Positions 18,843 to 28,219 of a stretch of DNA of 45,393 nt are shown here, piece after piece (within the stretch, counting starts at the first letter, position 1; the number at the start of each line of letters is the position of its first letter). This DNA is from Candidatus Saccharimonadales bacterium (GTDB lineage: Bacteria; Patescibacteriota; Saccharimonadia; Saccharimonadales; EFPC-124): assembly GCA_050730875.1 (NCBI GenBank), contig JBOHNX010000003.1, forward strand, positions 1 to 45,393. The letters are read 5' to 3'. The position numbers and the translations under genes were made by a program. Below the pieces are notes generated by a model. The model saw only the letters and a list, made by a program, of their open reading frames with translations, was not told the origin of the DNA and did no database searches.

Positions 18843-19877
18843 ATGAGAAAAAGATACACTTTATTGGTCATCACCGGTCTGGGTCTATTAGCGTTATTTA
18901 TTAGCTCGTTTGTTCCTACCTCGCTCGTTTCTGCCCAAGCTAAGCCTAGTGATAGTGGTCAGGCGCTAGAAATCGCGCCGCCTGTCATCAACCTAACGGC
19001 AAATCCCGGCCAGACCATCAAGACTCAGATTAGCCTGCGTGACGTATCGAAAGATAAACTGCTTGTCAAAGGCCAGGTTAACGACTTTACTGCCGCCGGC
19101 GAAGACGGGACTCCAAAGATAATGCTAGAAGACGATGGTAGCGATAATCCTTATTCGCTCAAAGGTTGGATAAGTCCTCTACCCGAATTGACATTGAAAC
19201 CTAAAGAAATAAAAAACCTGCCTATAACCATCAATGTGCCAGCTAACGCTTCTCCAGGCGGATATTATGGCGTGGTTCGCTTCACCGCTACTCCGCCCGA
19301 ACTGGAAGGCACCGGAGTATCCCTGTCGGCCAGTCTTGGCGCCCTGATACTGCTGCGAGTCAACGGTGATGTCAAAGAAGGCCTTACAGTCGAAGAGTTT
19401 TCGGTCAACAAAGATGGTAAATCGGGTTGGCTATTTGAGTCTACTCCTCTGACGTTCATTGAAAGGCTTAAGAACACCGGCAATATTCATGAGCAGCCGA
19501 CCGGCCAGGTAACCATCACTGACATGTTTGGTAGAAAAGTAGCGGCTGTTAACATCAACCTGCCGCCACGGAACATCCTGCCTGGCAGCATCCGTAAGTT
19601 TGAACAACCGCTCGACAGCTCGGTGATCGGCAACAAAATGCTATTTGGCCGCTACCGTGCTGACCTACGCGTTACCTACGGAGATAGCAAACAAGTAGTA
19701 ACTTCCAGCCTGACATTTTGGGTTATCCCTTACCGCTTGATTGGCTTGTCAATCGTAATACTCGTGGGCGGCTTCTTCCTCTTGCGCTTCCTCGTTAAGC
19801 GCTACAACCGCCGCATTATCAACAAAGCAACGGCACAGCAAAATCCACAAGGTCCAAACCGCACAGAACGTAAGTAG
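18843..19877 (+). CDS. two-domain Ig-like surface protein with a C-terminal TM anchor, DUF916/DUF3324-like (WxL-cluster accessory type)
   Basis: 344 aa. Signal peptide, then LEIAPPVINLTANPGQTIKTQISLRDVS...PGGYYGVVRF, a second Ig-like domain, then TM helix LIGLSIVILVGGFFLLRFL followed by a basic tail. This architecture matches CscA-like proteins as I recall them. Confidence 0.55.
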   Translation: MRKRYTLLVITGLGLLALFISSFVPTSLVSAQAKPSDSGQALEIAPPVINLTANPGQTIKTQISLRDVSKDKLLVKGQVNDFTAAGEDGTPKIMLEDDGSDNPYSLKGWISPLPELTLKPKEIKNLPITINVPANASPGGYYGVVRFTATPPELEGTGVSLSASLGALILLRVNGDVKEGLTVEEFSVNKDGKSGWLFESTPLTFIERLKNTGNIHEQPTGQVTITDMFGRKVAAVNINLPPRNILPGSIRKFEQPLDSSVIGNKMLFGRYRADLRVTYGDSKQVVTSSLTFWVIPYRLIGLSIVILVGGFFLLRFLVKRYNRRIINKATAQQNPQGPNRTERK

Positions 19878-19911
19878 TCCGCCCCTGAAGCATAGATGGT
19901 ATAATCAGCGT

Positions 19912-20868
19912 ATGTTGGATTGGCTAAAACTGAGTCACCATGCTCATAGTGGGCGGCTGCGACCGCACGAGCACACCTCGTATCTTCCGCTTGGCCTCTT
20001 ATTGCTCCTAGTAGGTTTTGCCCTAACTGCCTACTCGGTGTCTGCTGCAAGCCCACCGCCCGAGGCGGGCTCGATAGGCTTAACTGGCATCATGCCCGGA
20101 AAACCACCTACCGAAGCAGCTACTATAAAATCGCCGACCAATCAGCAACGTTTTAGTACCTCACCGGTTACCATTACGGGCACTTGCCCCGAAGGCACTC
20201 TTGTAGAACTATTCAAAAACGATATCTTCGCTGGCTCCACTATCTGTGGTAATGCTGGCACATTCTCGCTTGATGTAGACCTCCTGATTGGCCAAAACAC
20301 CCTGATTGCTCGCGTATACGACTCCTTAAATCAGCCTGGCCCGGATTCGAAGGCCGTCACCGTATTCTATGATGCCTTGCCACCTCAGGCCGGACCACTC
20401 GCATCCTTAGACTTCGGCGGCGCACAGCTAGTGTTGAATACTGACGCGGTTTTCCGTGGGGTCTTCCCCGAACAAGAGCTCAACATACCTGTTGATCTCC
20501 TCGGTGGCACACCCCCGTATGCCGTGAATGTTCAATGGGGCGACTCAAACAACAAAGTTGTACCCCGAGGTGATAATGTTAGTTTTAAGGTAGGTCACAC
20601 CTACCGCAAACCGGGAACGTACCAGATTGCCCTTCAGGCCACTGACGCCAAAGGACGTGTGGCCTTCTTGACAGTTGCTGCTATTGTAAACGGCCAAGCA
20701 AGTGCCATCACAGCCGCTGCATTAAACGCAGCAACGCCCAACCAACTTTTGGTTCTTTGGCCAGTGTACACAAGCGCCCTGGCTATTGTGATTAGTTTTT
20801 GGCTGGGTGAACGGCGTGAAAAACACATTCTCCAAGGCCGCGGACCATTGCAGCCTTTACAGGGGTAA
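19912..20868 (+). CDS. bitopic/dual-TM protein with Ig-like and PKD-like domains
   Basis: 318 aa with an N-terminal TM helix (LPLGLLLLLVGFALTAY). PKD-like WGDSNNKVVPRGDNVSFKVGHTYRKPGTYQIALQATDAKG. C-terminal TM helix. Confidence 0.7.
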   Translation: MLDWLKLSHHAHSGRLRPHEHTSYLPLGLLLLLVGFALTAYSVSAASPPPEAGSIGLTGIMPGKPPTEAATIKSPTNQQRFSTSPVTITGTCPEGTLVELFKNDIFAGSTICGNAGTFSLDVDLLIGQNTLIARVYDSLNQPGPDSKAVTVFYDALPPQAGPLASLDFGGAQLVLNTDAVFRGVFPEQELNIPVDLLGGTPPYAVNVQWGDSNNKVVPRGDNVSFKVGHTYRKPGTYQIALQATDAKGRVAFLTVAAIVNGQASAITAAALNAATPNQLLVLWPVYTSALAIVISFWLGERREKHILQGRGPLQPLQG

Positions 20869-20948
20869 AGACCCACAATTTTGTCTGTATTTACCCTAGA
20901 AAATTTTCACTCTAGCGGTTATGCTTAATATAAGATAAACGCTTATGT

Positions 20949-23900
20949 GTGAGGCAATCGGCTTTTATCTTTAATGGGAAGCATGGGTGTTTTAGGTTGT
21001 TAAGTGTTAGTCGCAAATTATTTGCATATGCCATCTTATTGGGTGTTGCTTGCACACTTTTCATACCCACGCCTATTTTGGCTTCCCCGGGCATAAATCA
21101 AGAGATTAATTTCCAGGGCAGATTGCTCAATGCCCAAGGCGCTACAGTCCCAGATGGGAATTATAATATTCAGTTTAAGATATACCAGGATGGTGATGGC
21201 CAGACCGTTGGCAATACCACTGGTACGCCAGCCGGCTCACTAAAATGGACCGAGGATCACCTGAACGCCAACGGCCAAGGTGTACAGGTTAAGAACGGCT
21301 TTATGTCGGTTCAGCTGGGCTCGATCACTGCCTTTGGTTCTAGTATTGATTGGAACCAAGATACTCTTTGGCTTTCAATGAACATCGGCAGTACCAACGG
21401 CACGTGTACCCCCTTCTCCAACTGTACCCCTGACGGCGAGATGACCCCGATGAAACGTTTGTCGTCCATCCCCTACTCGCTTAACTCTGGCTTGTTAGGT
21501 GGTCTCTCCAAATCACAGTTCATCCAGAGCACTACAACTCCTCAGACTGCTAATATTGCCATCCAAAGCAGTAGTGCGAGCAGTATCAGTGCGCTTGTGC
21601 AAGGAGCTACTTCGCAAACCGCCGATATTCTGCAGGTTAAGGCCGATGGTACAGCAGAACCACTACTGGCCGTGAGCGCGAGTGGCGCCGTAAAACTGCG
21701 CAACGCCACCGACTCCGCTACTGCCTTCCAGGTACAGAACGCAGCCGGCACATCCTTATTTACTGTAGACACTACAACCGGAAATGTCAGTGTTGGCGCC
21801 GCCAGCCAGCAGGGGTCATTGGTTATTCACGACGGCAACGGCCAAACTACTACCCTTCAGGCGGGAGATTCCGCAGGCAACCTGACTTTTATACTTCCTC
21901 CGAGCACCGCAGTCCAGGGTGGTCACTGCCTGAAAGACACGACCGGTACTGGGGTTTTGGGCTTCCAGGAATGTTCTACCGGTTCCAGTGCGTTTGTGCA
22001 AGGAGGTAATAGTTTTGGCGCCACCGCAGTACTCGGTACAATCGATGCCAACGCGCTAGAGCTACGCACCAACAACAACACCGTACTGAGCTTTAATGGT
22101 ATAAGTGGCGCAGCGACGCTGCAAAACACTTCAGACTCCTCCAGCGCGCTGAAAGTCAACAATGCCGCAGGTAGCAGCGTCTTGACGGTTGATACAAGCG
22201 CCGGACAAGTAGTCCTAGGCAATGCAAATACGCTCAACGCTTCGTTAGTTTTCCGCAATAACACGAACAGCAACACAACAACCCTAACGGCCGCAGCAGC
22301 GAGCACCAACCAATCCATTGCGATCCCCAATGCGAGCGGAACGGTTTGTCTTACCAGCGGTAACTGTGCTGGTCTTGGTGGTAACGGCGATGTCCTGCAA
22401 GGTGGTAACTCTGTTGGAGCAGCTATTACGATCGGCACCAACGACAACTACAACTTTAGTTTAGAGACGAACAATCAAACTCGCCTAACTGTCGATACGT
22501 CCGGCAATGTTGGTATCGGCGATGCCAGTACTGGCGATCGGTTGTCTGTAACCAGCGCAATTAACAACTCCACGATCTATGTTGACGACGACTTCGACCC
22601 GTCAATCGACAGCGCAGAATGGTCCTCAACCAGCAACGTATCAACAGATACCACTTGTGGTGCCGCCGGTAGCGTTTCTGGCAACGCTTTAAGGTTTAAC
22701 GGCTCCGGTACCCGTAGCGCTGCGACGATTGATATGAACACCGCAAACGGTGGTACTGTATCGTTCTACATTTATTCGTCAAACCAGAGCACCTCAGGCT
22801 GTGAAAGCACAGAAGGTGGCGAAAACATGGCACTGGAGTACTCCAACAATAGTGGTGGCAGTTGGACTGAGATAACAACATATAACCAAAACAGCCAACA
22901 TACAATCTCGAAAATTGATGTCCCTATACCGAGCGGCGCACAAACCTCCGCGACTCGCTTCCGCTGGCGTCAAGTAGCGCACAGCGGCAATAACTTTGAC
23001 AACTGGACGCTCGATAACGTAATCGTTACGACAGTAAACTCCGCTAATACCCCCGCGGCACTCTATGTCTACAACGGTAGTACATCTAGTGAAGTCGATC
23101 TCTTACGAGTAGCCTCGGACATAGGAGGCACCGCCAACATCAAACTCCGCGTTAAAGCAAACGGTGATGTTTTCTCCGACGGCACATATTATGGCGCTGG
23201 CGGCGTGACAGCTGGCTCAGCCGACTTGGCTGAGGTTTATCGTAATAATGATGACGCCCAGCCAGGTGACGTGGTGGTGTTTACTGATTCGCGTACCGTC
23301 GAAAAGTCCAACAAAGCATATCAGACGAGCCTAGCCGGCGTAGTATCAACTAAGCCTGGCTTTACACTAAACGTCAATGAAACCGGCGTGCCGGTTGCCC
23401 TATCTGGGCGCGTACCTGTAAAGGTAAGTGTGGCCAATGGTAGCATCCAAAGGGGCGACTACCTGACCAGTAGCCCGGATGGAAAGGCACAAAAAGCCAC
23501 GGCAGCCGGGCCGACCATCGGAACAGCCCTCGAAGATGCAACCGAAGACGGCACTATCGAAGTTTTCGTACATCTTGGCCACTACGACCCGGTGGATGAA
23601 GCGCTTGCCCAAGACAACTTGTTCGCACTGCAGTCATCCGACACAGCAATGGCGAACCTAAACGTGAGCGGCAACGCCACCGTAGGATCACTGTATGTTT
23701 CGAATAATGCGTATGTCGGCGGCGTGCTCACAGTAGGTACTGCAAAGATTACCGCTACGCTAACCGTAGGTGGCCGTATTATCAGCCAGGGTAAGGCCGT
23801 CACCCCGCAGGCATTGTCGGCTCTAGGCTACGGCGATCAAGCAGCCGACCAATCTGTTGTAGCCAATGGCACTGACACCGCCGGAACTATTACCTTTACA

Positions 23901-24134
23901 ACCGGCGCTGCACCGGTAGGTGGCGAATTAGTAAAGATTGCCTTCAGCGCTCAATACGAAACCGACCCCAGAATCGTTCTAGAGCCGAATAACGCAGAAA
24001 GTGCGCACCTAAAAACGTTCGTTACCAAAACCAAAGACGGTTTCATACTCCACACCACAGAGCCACCTCAAGCCAACCAAACGTATTCGTTTGACTACAT
24101 CATAATAGGTAGCAATGTAGCTGGCACCGAGTAA
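20949..24134 (+). CDS. giant secreted adhesin-like protein
   Basis: 1061 aa. The start is uncertain (GTG 20949 or TTG 20997). Signal-like LLGVACTLFIPTPILASPG and serial beta-rich repeats. A jelly-roll/MAM-like segment (ALRFNGSG...LEYSNNSGGSWTE...FRWRQ...DNWTLDNVIV). A DLAEVY...GDVVVF...GRVPVKV...GDYLTSS module. The C-terminal module is shared with 14539..15570. Confidence 0.75.
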   Translation: MRQSAFIFNGKHGCFRLLSVSRKLFAYAILLGVACTLFIPTPILASPGINQEINFQGRLLNAQGATVPDGNYNIQFKIYQDGDGQTVGNTTGTPAGSLKWTEDHLNANGQGVQVKNGFMSVQLGSITAFGSSIDWNQDTLWLSMNIGSTNGTCTPFSNCTPDGEMTPMKRLSSIPYSLNSGLLGGLSKSQFIQSTTTPQTANIAIQSSSASSISALVQGATSQTADILQVKADGTAEPLLAVSASGAVKLRNATDSATAFQVQNAAGTSLFTVDTTTGNVSVGAASQQGSLVIHDGNGQTTTLQAGDSAGNLTFILPPSTAVQGGHCLKDTTGTGVLGFQECSTGSSAFVQGGNSFGATAVLGTIDANALELRTNNNTVLSFNGISGAATLQNTSDSSSALKVNNAAGSSVLTVDTSAGQVVLGNANTLNASLVFRNNTNSNTTTLTAAAASTNQSIAIPNASGTVCLTSGNCAGLGGNGDVLQGGNSVGAAITIGTNDNYNFSLETNNQTRLTVDTSGNVGIGDASTGDRLSVTSAINNSTIYVDDDFDPSIDSAEWSSTSNVSTDTTCGAAGSVSGNALRFNGSGTRSAATIDMNTANGGTVSFYIYSSNQSTSGCESTEGGENMALEYSNNSGGSWTEITTYNQNSQHTISKIDVPIPSGAQTSATRFRWRQVAHSGNNFDNWTLDNVIVTTVNSANTPAALYVYNGSTSSEVDLLRVASDIGGTANIKLRVKANGDVFSDGTYYGAGGVTAGSADLAEVYRNNDDAQPGDVVVFTDSRTVEKSNKAYQTSLAGVVSTKPGFTLNVNETGVPVALSGRVPVKVSVANGSIQRGDYLTSSPDGKAQKATAAGPTIGTALEDATEDGTIEVFVHLGHYDPVDEALAQDNLFALQSSDTAMANLNVSGNATVGSLYVSNNAYVGGVLTVGTAKITATLTVGGRIISQGKAVTPQALSALGYGDQAADQSVVANGTDTAGTITFTTGAAPVGGELVKIAFSAQYETDPRIVLEPNNAESAHLKTFVTKTKDGFILHTTEPPQANQTYSFDYIIIGSNVAGTE

Positions 24135-24141
24135 ATAGTAT

Positions 24142-24630
24142 TTACTGCTTAACCACAAGGTCGCCCACTACCACTGCCGAACGTTTGTCGTTAGCACATT
24201 TCACTTCGACAGGCCATTTACCAAGCGGAGCTGACCCTGGAACCGTCCAGGTCCAGCTAATAATGCCATATTCGTCAGCAATTTTAGGCTTAAGGCCCGA
24301 ATCGGTGCTCGGCACGTCATTATATTCAACCTTAATTGTGCACTTCGCTTCTGGATTGGTCTTCACCGTGATAGAAGCGTTCTCGCCTGGCATAACGGGC
24401 GACGTCAACATCGTGACCGACGCACCGACAGGCGCATCCGGTGCAAGCCTGGTGGGTTTTATAACGGGAGTCCGTGTGGTTTCGACCGGTGTCTCCACCC
24501 CAAGAGTCTTCTTACTGTTCTGCCCCATAAACCATGTGTAGGCCACGCCTCCCCCAACAAAGAGTATCAAGAGCACCAGTACACTGATTATCGTCAGGTA
24601 TACGGCCTTAGGAATGCGAAATTTAGTCAT
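24142..24630 (-). CDS. membrane-anchored small Ig-like protein
   Basis: 162 aa. N-terminal TM helix VYLTIISVLVLLILFVGGGVAY, then a beta-rich ectodomain. Confidence 0.65.
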   Translation of the reverse strand: MTKFRIPKAVYLTIISVLVLLILFVGGGVAYTWFMGQNSKKTLGVETPVETTRTPVIKPTRLAPDAPVGASVTMLTSPVMPGENASITVKTNPEAKCTIKVEYNDVPSTDSGLKPKIADEYGIISWTWTVPGSAPLGKWPVEVKCANDKRSAVVVGDLVVKQ

Positions 24631-24652
24631 CTTCCGAGCCAGACACTACGGC

Positions 24653-25153
24653 CTACTGTTTTTGACTCTTGTACTTAGTGATAGAATCAGAGACTTTACC
24701 TTCCTTTTTGAGGTTTTCAAAAAACAATATCTGATCTTTACCAATGACCATCTCGTCATCCGGTCCATGGATCTCATTCCCCAGCTTAATCAATTGGACA
24801 TCAGACATCTGCTTATCGGTGGTCTTTTGCGGATTCTGTGGATCTTCTTCTGCTGAACGAGCTTGAAGGTAGAAAATATCAGTCAACTTCATATGAGTAC
24901 CATTGAGATTCTGCAACTTCCCGAAATAAACCTGCCCGTTTGTTAAGAATAAAGCTTGGTACCTATTAGTATCTATCTGTGCGGCTGTGCTGGATTGATA
25001 CAGCAACCAACCAGCAAGTCCTCCAGCAACCAGCAGCACTATCCCAGCTACAATACCAATGAGTACTTTCATTTGCTTGCCGAGGCGCTTTCGGCCATTC
25101 GAGCCCTGTCGCCCCATAGAACCTGGGCCGTTCACGCGTCGTACATCATCCAT
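24653..25153 (-). CDS. membrane-anchored hypothetical protein
   Basis: I prefer ATG 25153 (AGGAG 9 nt upstream) over the track start at 25228. TM helix VLIGIVAGIVLLVAGGLAGWLL. Confidence 0.6.
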   Translation of the reverse strand: MDDVRRVNGPGSMGRQGSNGRKRLGKQMKVLIGIVAGIVLLVAGGLAGWLLYQSSTAAQIDTNRYQALFLTNGQVYFGKLQNLNGTHMKLTDIFYLQARSAEEDPQNPQKTTDKQMSDVQLIKLGNEIHGPDDEMVIGKDQILFFENLKKEGKVSDSITKYKSQKQ

Positions 25154-25333
25154 ACACAATATCTCCTGTACTTTTACCAATATAGTAGTTAGGTTAATCA
25201 TAGCAGAGGTATTACTTTGTGAAAACATGAGTTCGCGGATCTACAAACCCGTCGAACCACTCTGCACAACTTCGTTCACTCAATACAAAGAGACATGTAT
25301 GCAAAAATAAGTCATGGAACCCCTCCTCCCTTC

Positions 25334-25363
25334 TTAAAATACTCCTCACTAATCTGTTACAAT
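25334..25363 (+). promoter_or_regulatory. orphaned native ychF promoter candidate (leaderless)
   Basis: TTAAAA (25334-25339), 18-nt spacer, TACAAT (25358-25363). ATG 25371 lies 7 nt downstream and has no SD. Confidence 0.4.
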
Positions 25364-25370
25364 ACTGTCT

Positions 25371-25397
25371 ATGAGTTCTCTTCAAATCGGCATAGTG
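25371..25397 (+). pseudogene. ychF: original 5' end of ychF (9 codons, MSSLQIGIV) left behind at attL
   Basis: ATGAGTTCTCTTCAAATCGGCATAGTG encodes MSSLQIGIV, matching the YchF N-terminus (M..IGIVGLPNVGKS). The reading frame then hits a stop after 2 more codons, where AT-rich foreign DNA starts. Confidence 0.65.
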
Positions 25398-25500
25398 AAG
25401 TTTTAACTCAACTACCTTTTGAGCTGAAGATTACTATGTCTCCAACAGATAAGGGTAACCGCGGTTACTCAGATGAGTATGTAGAAAGACTGTTACAAAA

Positions 25501-25550
25501 TTGAAAAGCCCCCGATTTTTTCACGCTTTTGGCGCTATGAGATCGGGGGC
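25501..25550 (-). terminator. intrinsic terminator candidate for the hydrolase gene
   Basis: The arms GCCCCCGAT (25508-25516) and ATCGGGGGC (25542-25550) pair. On the minus strand the hairpin is followed by UUUUC. The loop is long (25 nt), with a possible inner GCGC/GCGU helix. Confidence 0.4.
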
Positions 25551-25694
25551 GTGGCCGCTGCAGTCAGCTTGTGGCTGATGAGTGACCTGGATGGAGTGCC
25601 TGGTTCAAGCAACGTCCATGAGTTCTACGAGGATGTTCATCCGTGAGTGTCCCACGAACAACTCTTGCAGAAATAATCAATAATAAGGGTCGCG

Positions 25695-26399
25695 TTACTT
25701 CAAAAGCCAATCGGTAATAACCTCGTAATATTTCGCGATACCGTCTTGTGGATTAGATGGGTCACGGAACGGATGGGCAAAGCCTTCTGCGATATACGTT
25801 TCAGCAGCAAATTCTACCTTATAAATATCTGTTGTGTCAGTTGGAACGCTTTTATCTTCGCCATGTACAACCAAAAGAGTGAGAGGCTGTCCGATTGATT
25901 CTTGCAAGAATAGAGGGTGCTTTTTAAGTGTCTCGGTATTTTTGCGATACTCACGTACTTGCAGTTTATCTATATATTGATGCTGAGTGTAAAAATCCTT
26001 TGGTTCGTAGATCGCAGGAGTTCTCAAAATCAGCTTTTGTACTGCGCGAAACCTCGTAAGATAGGCTGCCATAAAACCGCCATAGCTTGTTCCCATTACA
26101 TGGACAGCACTATCTGGATAATTAGCCTTGATCCAGTCGTAGGCTTTCGTGGCTTCAAATAAATGTTGCGCCGGGATGGTTTCATTCACATTAAGCGGGC
26201 TTTCGCCGTGACCTGAAAAGTCAACAATCAGCGCACTTAGGCCGGTATCCGCGACGACCTTAGCCACGAAATCACTGTTGCTCTTTTTGCTTGAGCCAAA
26301 GCCGACGAAAGTAAGGATAATCCCTCGATTTTTTTCGCCTTCGTGCCAATCCGCTTGGATTGAATAGCCTGTAACTGGAATAGAGATTTGTTTTATCAT
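25695..26399 (-). CDS. alpha/beta-fold serine hydrolase
   Basis: 234 aa with nucleophile elbow GTSYG, plus VVHGEDKSVP and a C-terminal His (GFAHPF). Confidence 0.8.
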   Translation of the reverse strand: MIKQISIPVTGYSIQADWHEGEKNRGIILTFVGFGSSKKSNSDFVAKVVADTGLSALIVDFSGHGESPLNVNETIPAQHLFEATKAYDWIKANYPDSAVHVMGTSYGGFMAAYLTRFRAVQKLILRTPAIYEPKDFYTQHQYIDKLQVREYRKNTETLKKHPLFLQESIGQPLTLLVVHGEDKSVPTDTTDIYKVEFAAETYIAEGFAHPFRDPSNPQDGIAKYYEVITDWLLK

Positions 26400-26464
26400 T
26401 CAGTAAATACTAACATGTAACAGGGGTATGGTCAATCAAGCCAACCTCTGTTAAAGTCATTACT

Positions 26465-26488
26465 ATGAGTTCACTTCAAATCGGTATT
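26465..26488 (+). other. ychF 5'-end mimic carried by the older element, now the left junction of the intact element
   Basis: ATGAGTTCACTTCAAATCGGTATT encodes MSSLQIGI, with three synonymous differences from 25371-25394. The frame is lost after this point. Confidence 0.55.
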
Positions 26489-26737
26489 CACAAGACGCAA
26501 CCATACCATTCGATATAACCTTCTCGATGCCTCCACTAGATAAAAGAACACGAGGTTATACGCCTCAACAGATCAAACAATTACAAGAAACAGTTGGCGG
26601 AGAGTGGTAAAAGGCTATGCTACCACAGGCACTAATAAATTTGGTTCATTATTTTGCTTGATATTAGACTGAGCATCCCTCCACAAATTTTTTTTCCAGA
26701 ATTCAGGTCGAGCAATTTCACCCCACCACACTCACCA

Positions 26738-28216
26738 CTATATTTTTCTTAAAACATTGAACGCTTCAACCATTGCCAGAGTATCTAACTTACAGTATTC
26801 AATCAGATCAGCAAATAGTACTTCTTGATCAATATGATCCTTATCGTCAATGACTGACTGCATCCATAGCCTCTGGGCAGATGCCCCTTCTTGTATACCT
26901 AAAACCTTATACGACAACTGAGGTGCTATTACAGGTAGTACATTTTTAATACTTGCACTTCCACAGAACTTCTTATCAACAAACCACCCTTTAGCAAATG
27001 GAATCATCAGGTCAACAATACGATCATTCACTTGGTTCAGAAATTCGCTATGATCTGAGACGATTTCAGCTAGTAAGCTATTGCACTTCTTCTCGAAACT
27101 CTCATTCCAAACAATTACAGTACCTTCATCGCCTATATGACTTCGTAATGCACCCGCTAATGGTTCACAAGGATTTGTAGCCTCACGATGTAAATATTCA
27201 ACATGTCGAAGATCAGCCTCTGGGCTATCAAGAATATGTAACGAGTACTGAAATGGTAATTGCTGATAAGGTCTTAGACCGTCGAAAGCAGGAACTATAC
27301 CCCCAAGTGTTTCGTAATCTAGAAAATATAATGGGAACTGTAGGTGGCTTAGAAATTCACGTATAGGTTCATGAAGAATTAATTGCTGATCTAACTTAGC
27401 AGCTTGTACTTGTAACGCTTGCTTTGGCGACAACTTATAGTCGTCTGGTATTTCTTGCAACGTGGTAATGCCCGAACTTTCAAATGCTTCAACCTTCGTG
27501 GCATTTAAGCCACACAGATCATAGATAGTGTCTTCTGGTAGATTATTCAGGGATTTATATATATCAAGCCATTCACCAAATGCACCATTCCCTGCCAATG
27601 AAGGAGATAGATCAGGTACTTCTGAGAGCTGCATCGTAGAGAGTGCTTCGTCAACATTAGAGGAGGTATATTCCTTTTTTGCTAGTACTTTCTCAGTCAC
27701 ATCACTGATGATCGAAAACTCTTGAGGATTAATATCACCATTCCGAACATATCCATTGTTCACATGTATTACGAACACGTTCCTTACCTTAAAGCCTGCG
27801 TCTTCGATTACTTTTACTTGGAATGCTAGATCAATAATATGTTCTGGCTTTGCACTAGTACTAGATTTGATTTCATACAGATCAAAAGTCTTATCGGCAA
27901 CCACATCTATCACATCACAGATACATGTTATCTGCCCTGCTAGAAAGCGTGCTTGAAAGATCGTTTTAACTCCACCCAATAGTGCTTCAAGTGTTTGTTC
28001 TGGTAGGGCTAAGTAACTTGCATAATCTGTAAATCCAAGTCTTACACCATTATCGAAATGCTTCTCGGCATAACCTTCAAACAAATTACCTGCATCAAAA
28101 ACTGCCTGAGTATTATCATCAATGTGTGGCAATTTGTCTTTATCATTCTTCTTCAACCATAGCCATGCAGGGTGCTTTAGGTAAAGTAAGTAATCAGATT
28201 TCGACAATAGCATCAT
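26738..28216 (-). CDS. DUF2779-family protein: N-terminal PD-(D/E)xK nuclease plus a C-terminal exonuclease-like domain
   Basis: 492 aa. It starts LSKSDYLLYLKHPAWLWL. D...DLYEIKSS forms a (D/E)xK motif. YFLDYETLGGIVPAFDGLRPYQQLPFQYSLHIL is the hallmark block I associate with DUF2779. Confidence 0.6.
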   Translation of the reverse strand: MMLLSKSDYLLYLKHPAWLWLKKNDKDKLPHIDDNTQAVFDAGNLFEGYAEKHFDNGVRLGFTDYASYLALPEQTLEALLGGVKTIFQARFLAGQITCICDVIDVVADKTFDLYEIKSSTSAKPEHIIDLAFQVKVIEDAGFKVRNVFVIHVNNGYVRNGDINPQEFSIISDVTEKVLAKKEYTSSNVDEALSTMQLSEVPDLSPSLAGNGAFGEWLDIYKSLNNLPEDTIYDLCGLNATKVEAFESSGITTLQEIPDDYKLSPKQALQVQAAKLDQQLILHEPIREFLSHLQFPLYFLDYETLGGIVPAFDGLRPYQQLPFQYSLHILDSPEADLRHVEYLHREATNPCEPLAGALRSHIGDEGTVIVWNESFEKKCNSLLAEIVSDHSEFLNQVNDRIVDLMIPFAKGWFVDKKFCGSASIKNVLPVIAPQLSYKVLGIQEGASAQRLWMQSVIDDKDHIDQEVLFADLIEYCKLDTLAMVEAFNVLRKI

Positions 28217-28219
28217 AAA

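Larger units (their letters stand above)
25398..26488. mobile_element. about 1.1-kb remnant of an older integrated element of the same family (no recombinase left)
   Basis: It is bounded by the native ychF 5' end (25371-25397) and by a diverged ychF-start mimic (26465-26488). Its left end is homologous, in one specific frame, to the left end of the downstream element. Confidence 0.45.

Noticed and set aside
24130-24146. AT-rich palindrome AGTAAATA-G-TATTTACT between the convergent genes, considered as a bidirectional terminator
   Set aside because: The stem is all A/T with a 1-nt loop and overlaps both stop codons. It is too weak to call.
25618-25632. A third ATGAGTTCT... string (also at 9423) that might be another ychF-start copy
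   Set aside because: Only 9-12 nt match and the peptide diverges at once (MSST...). Matches of this length are expected by chance in 45 kb.
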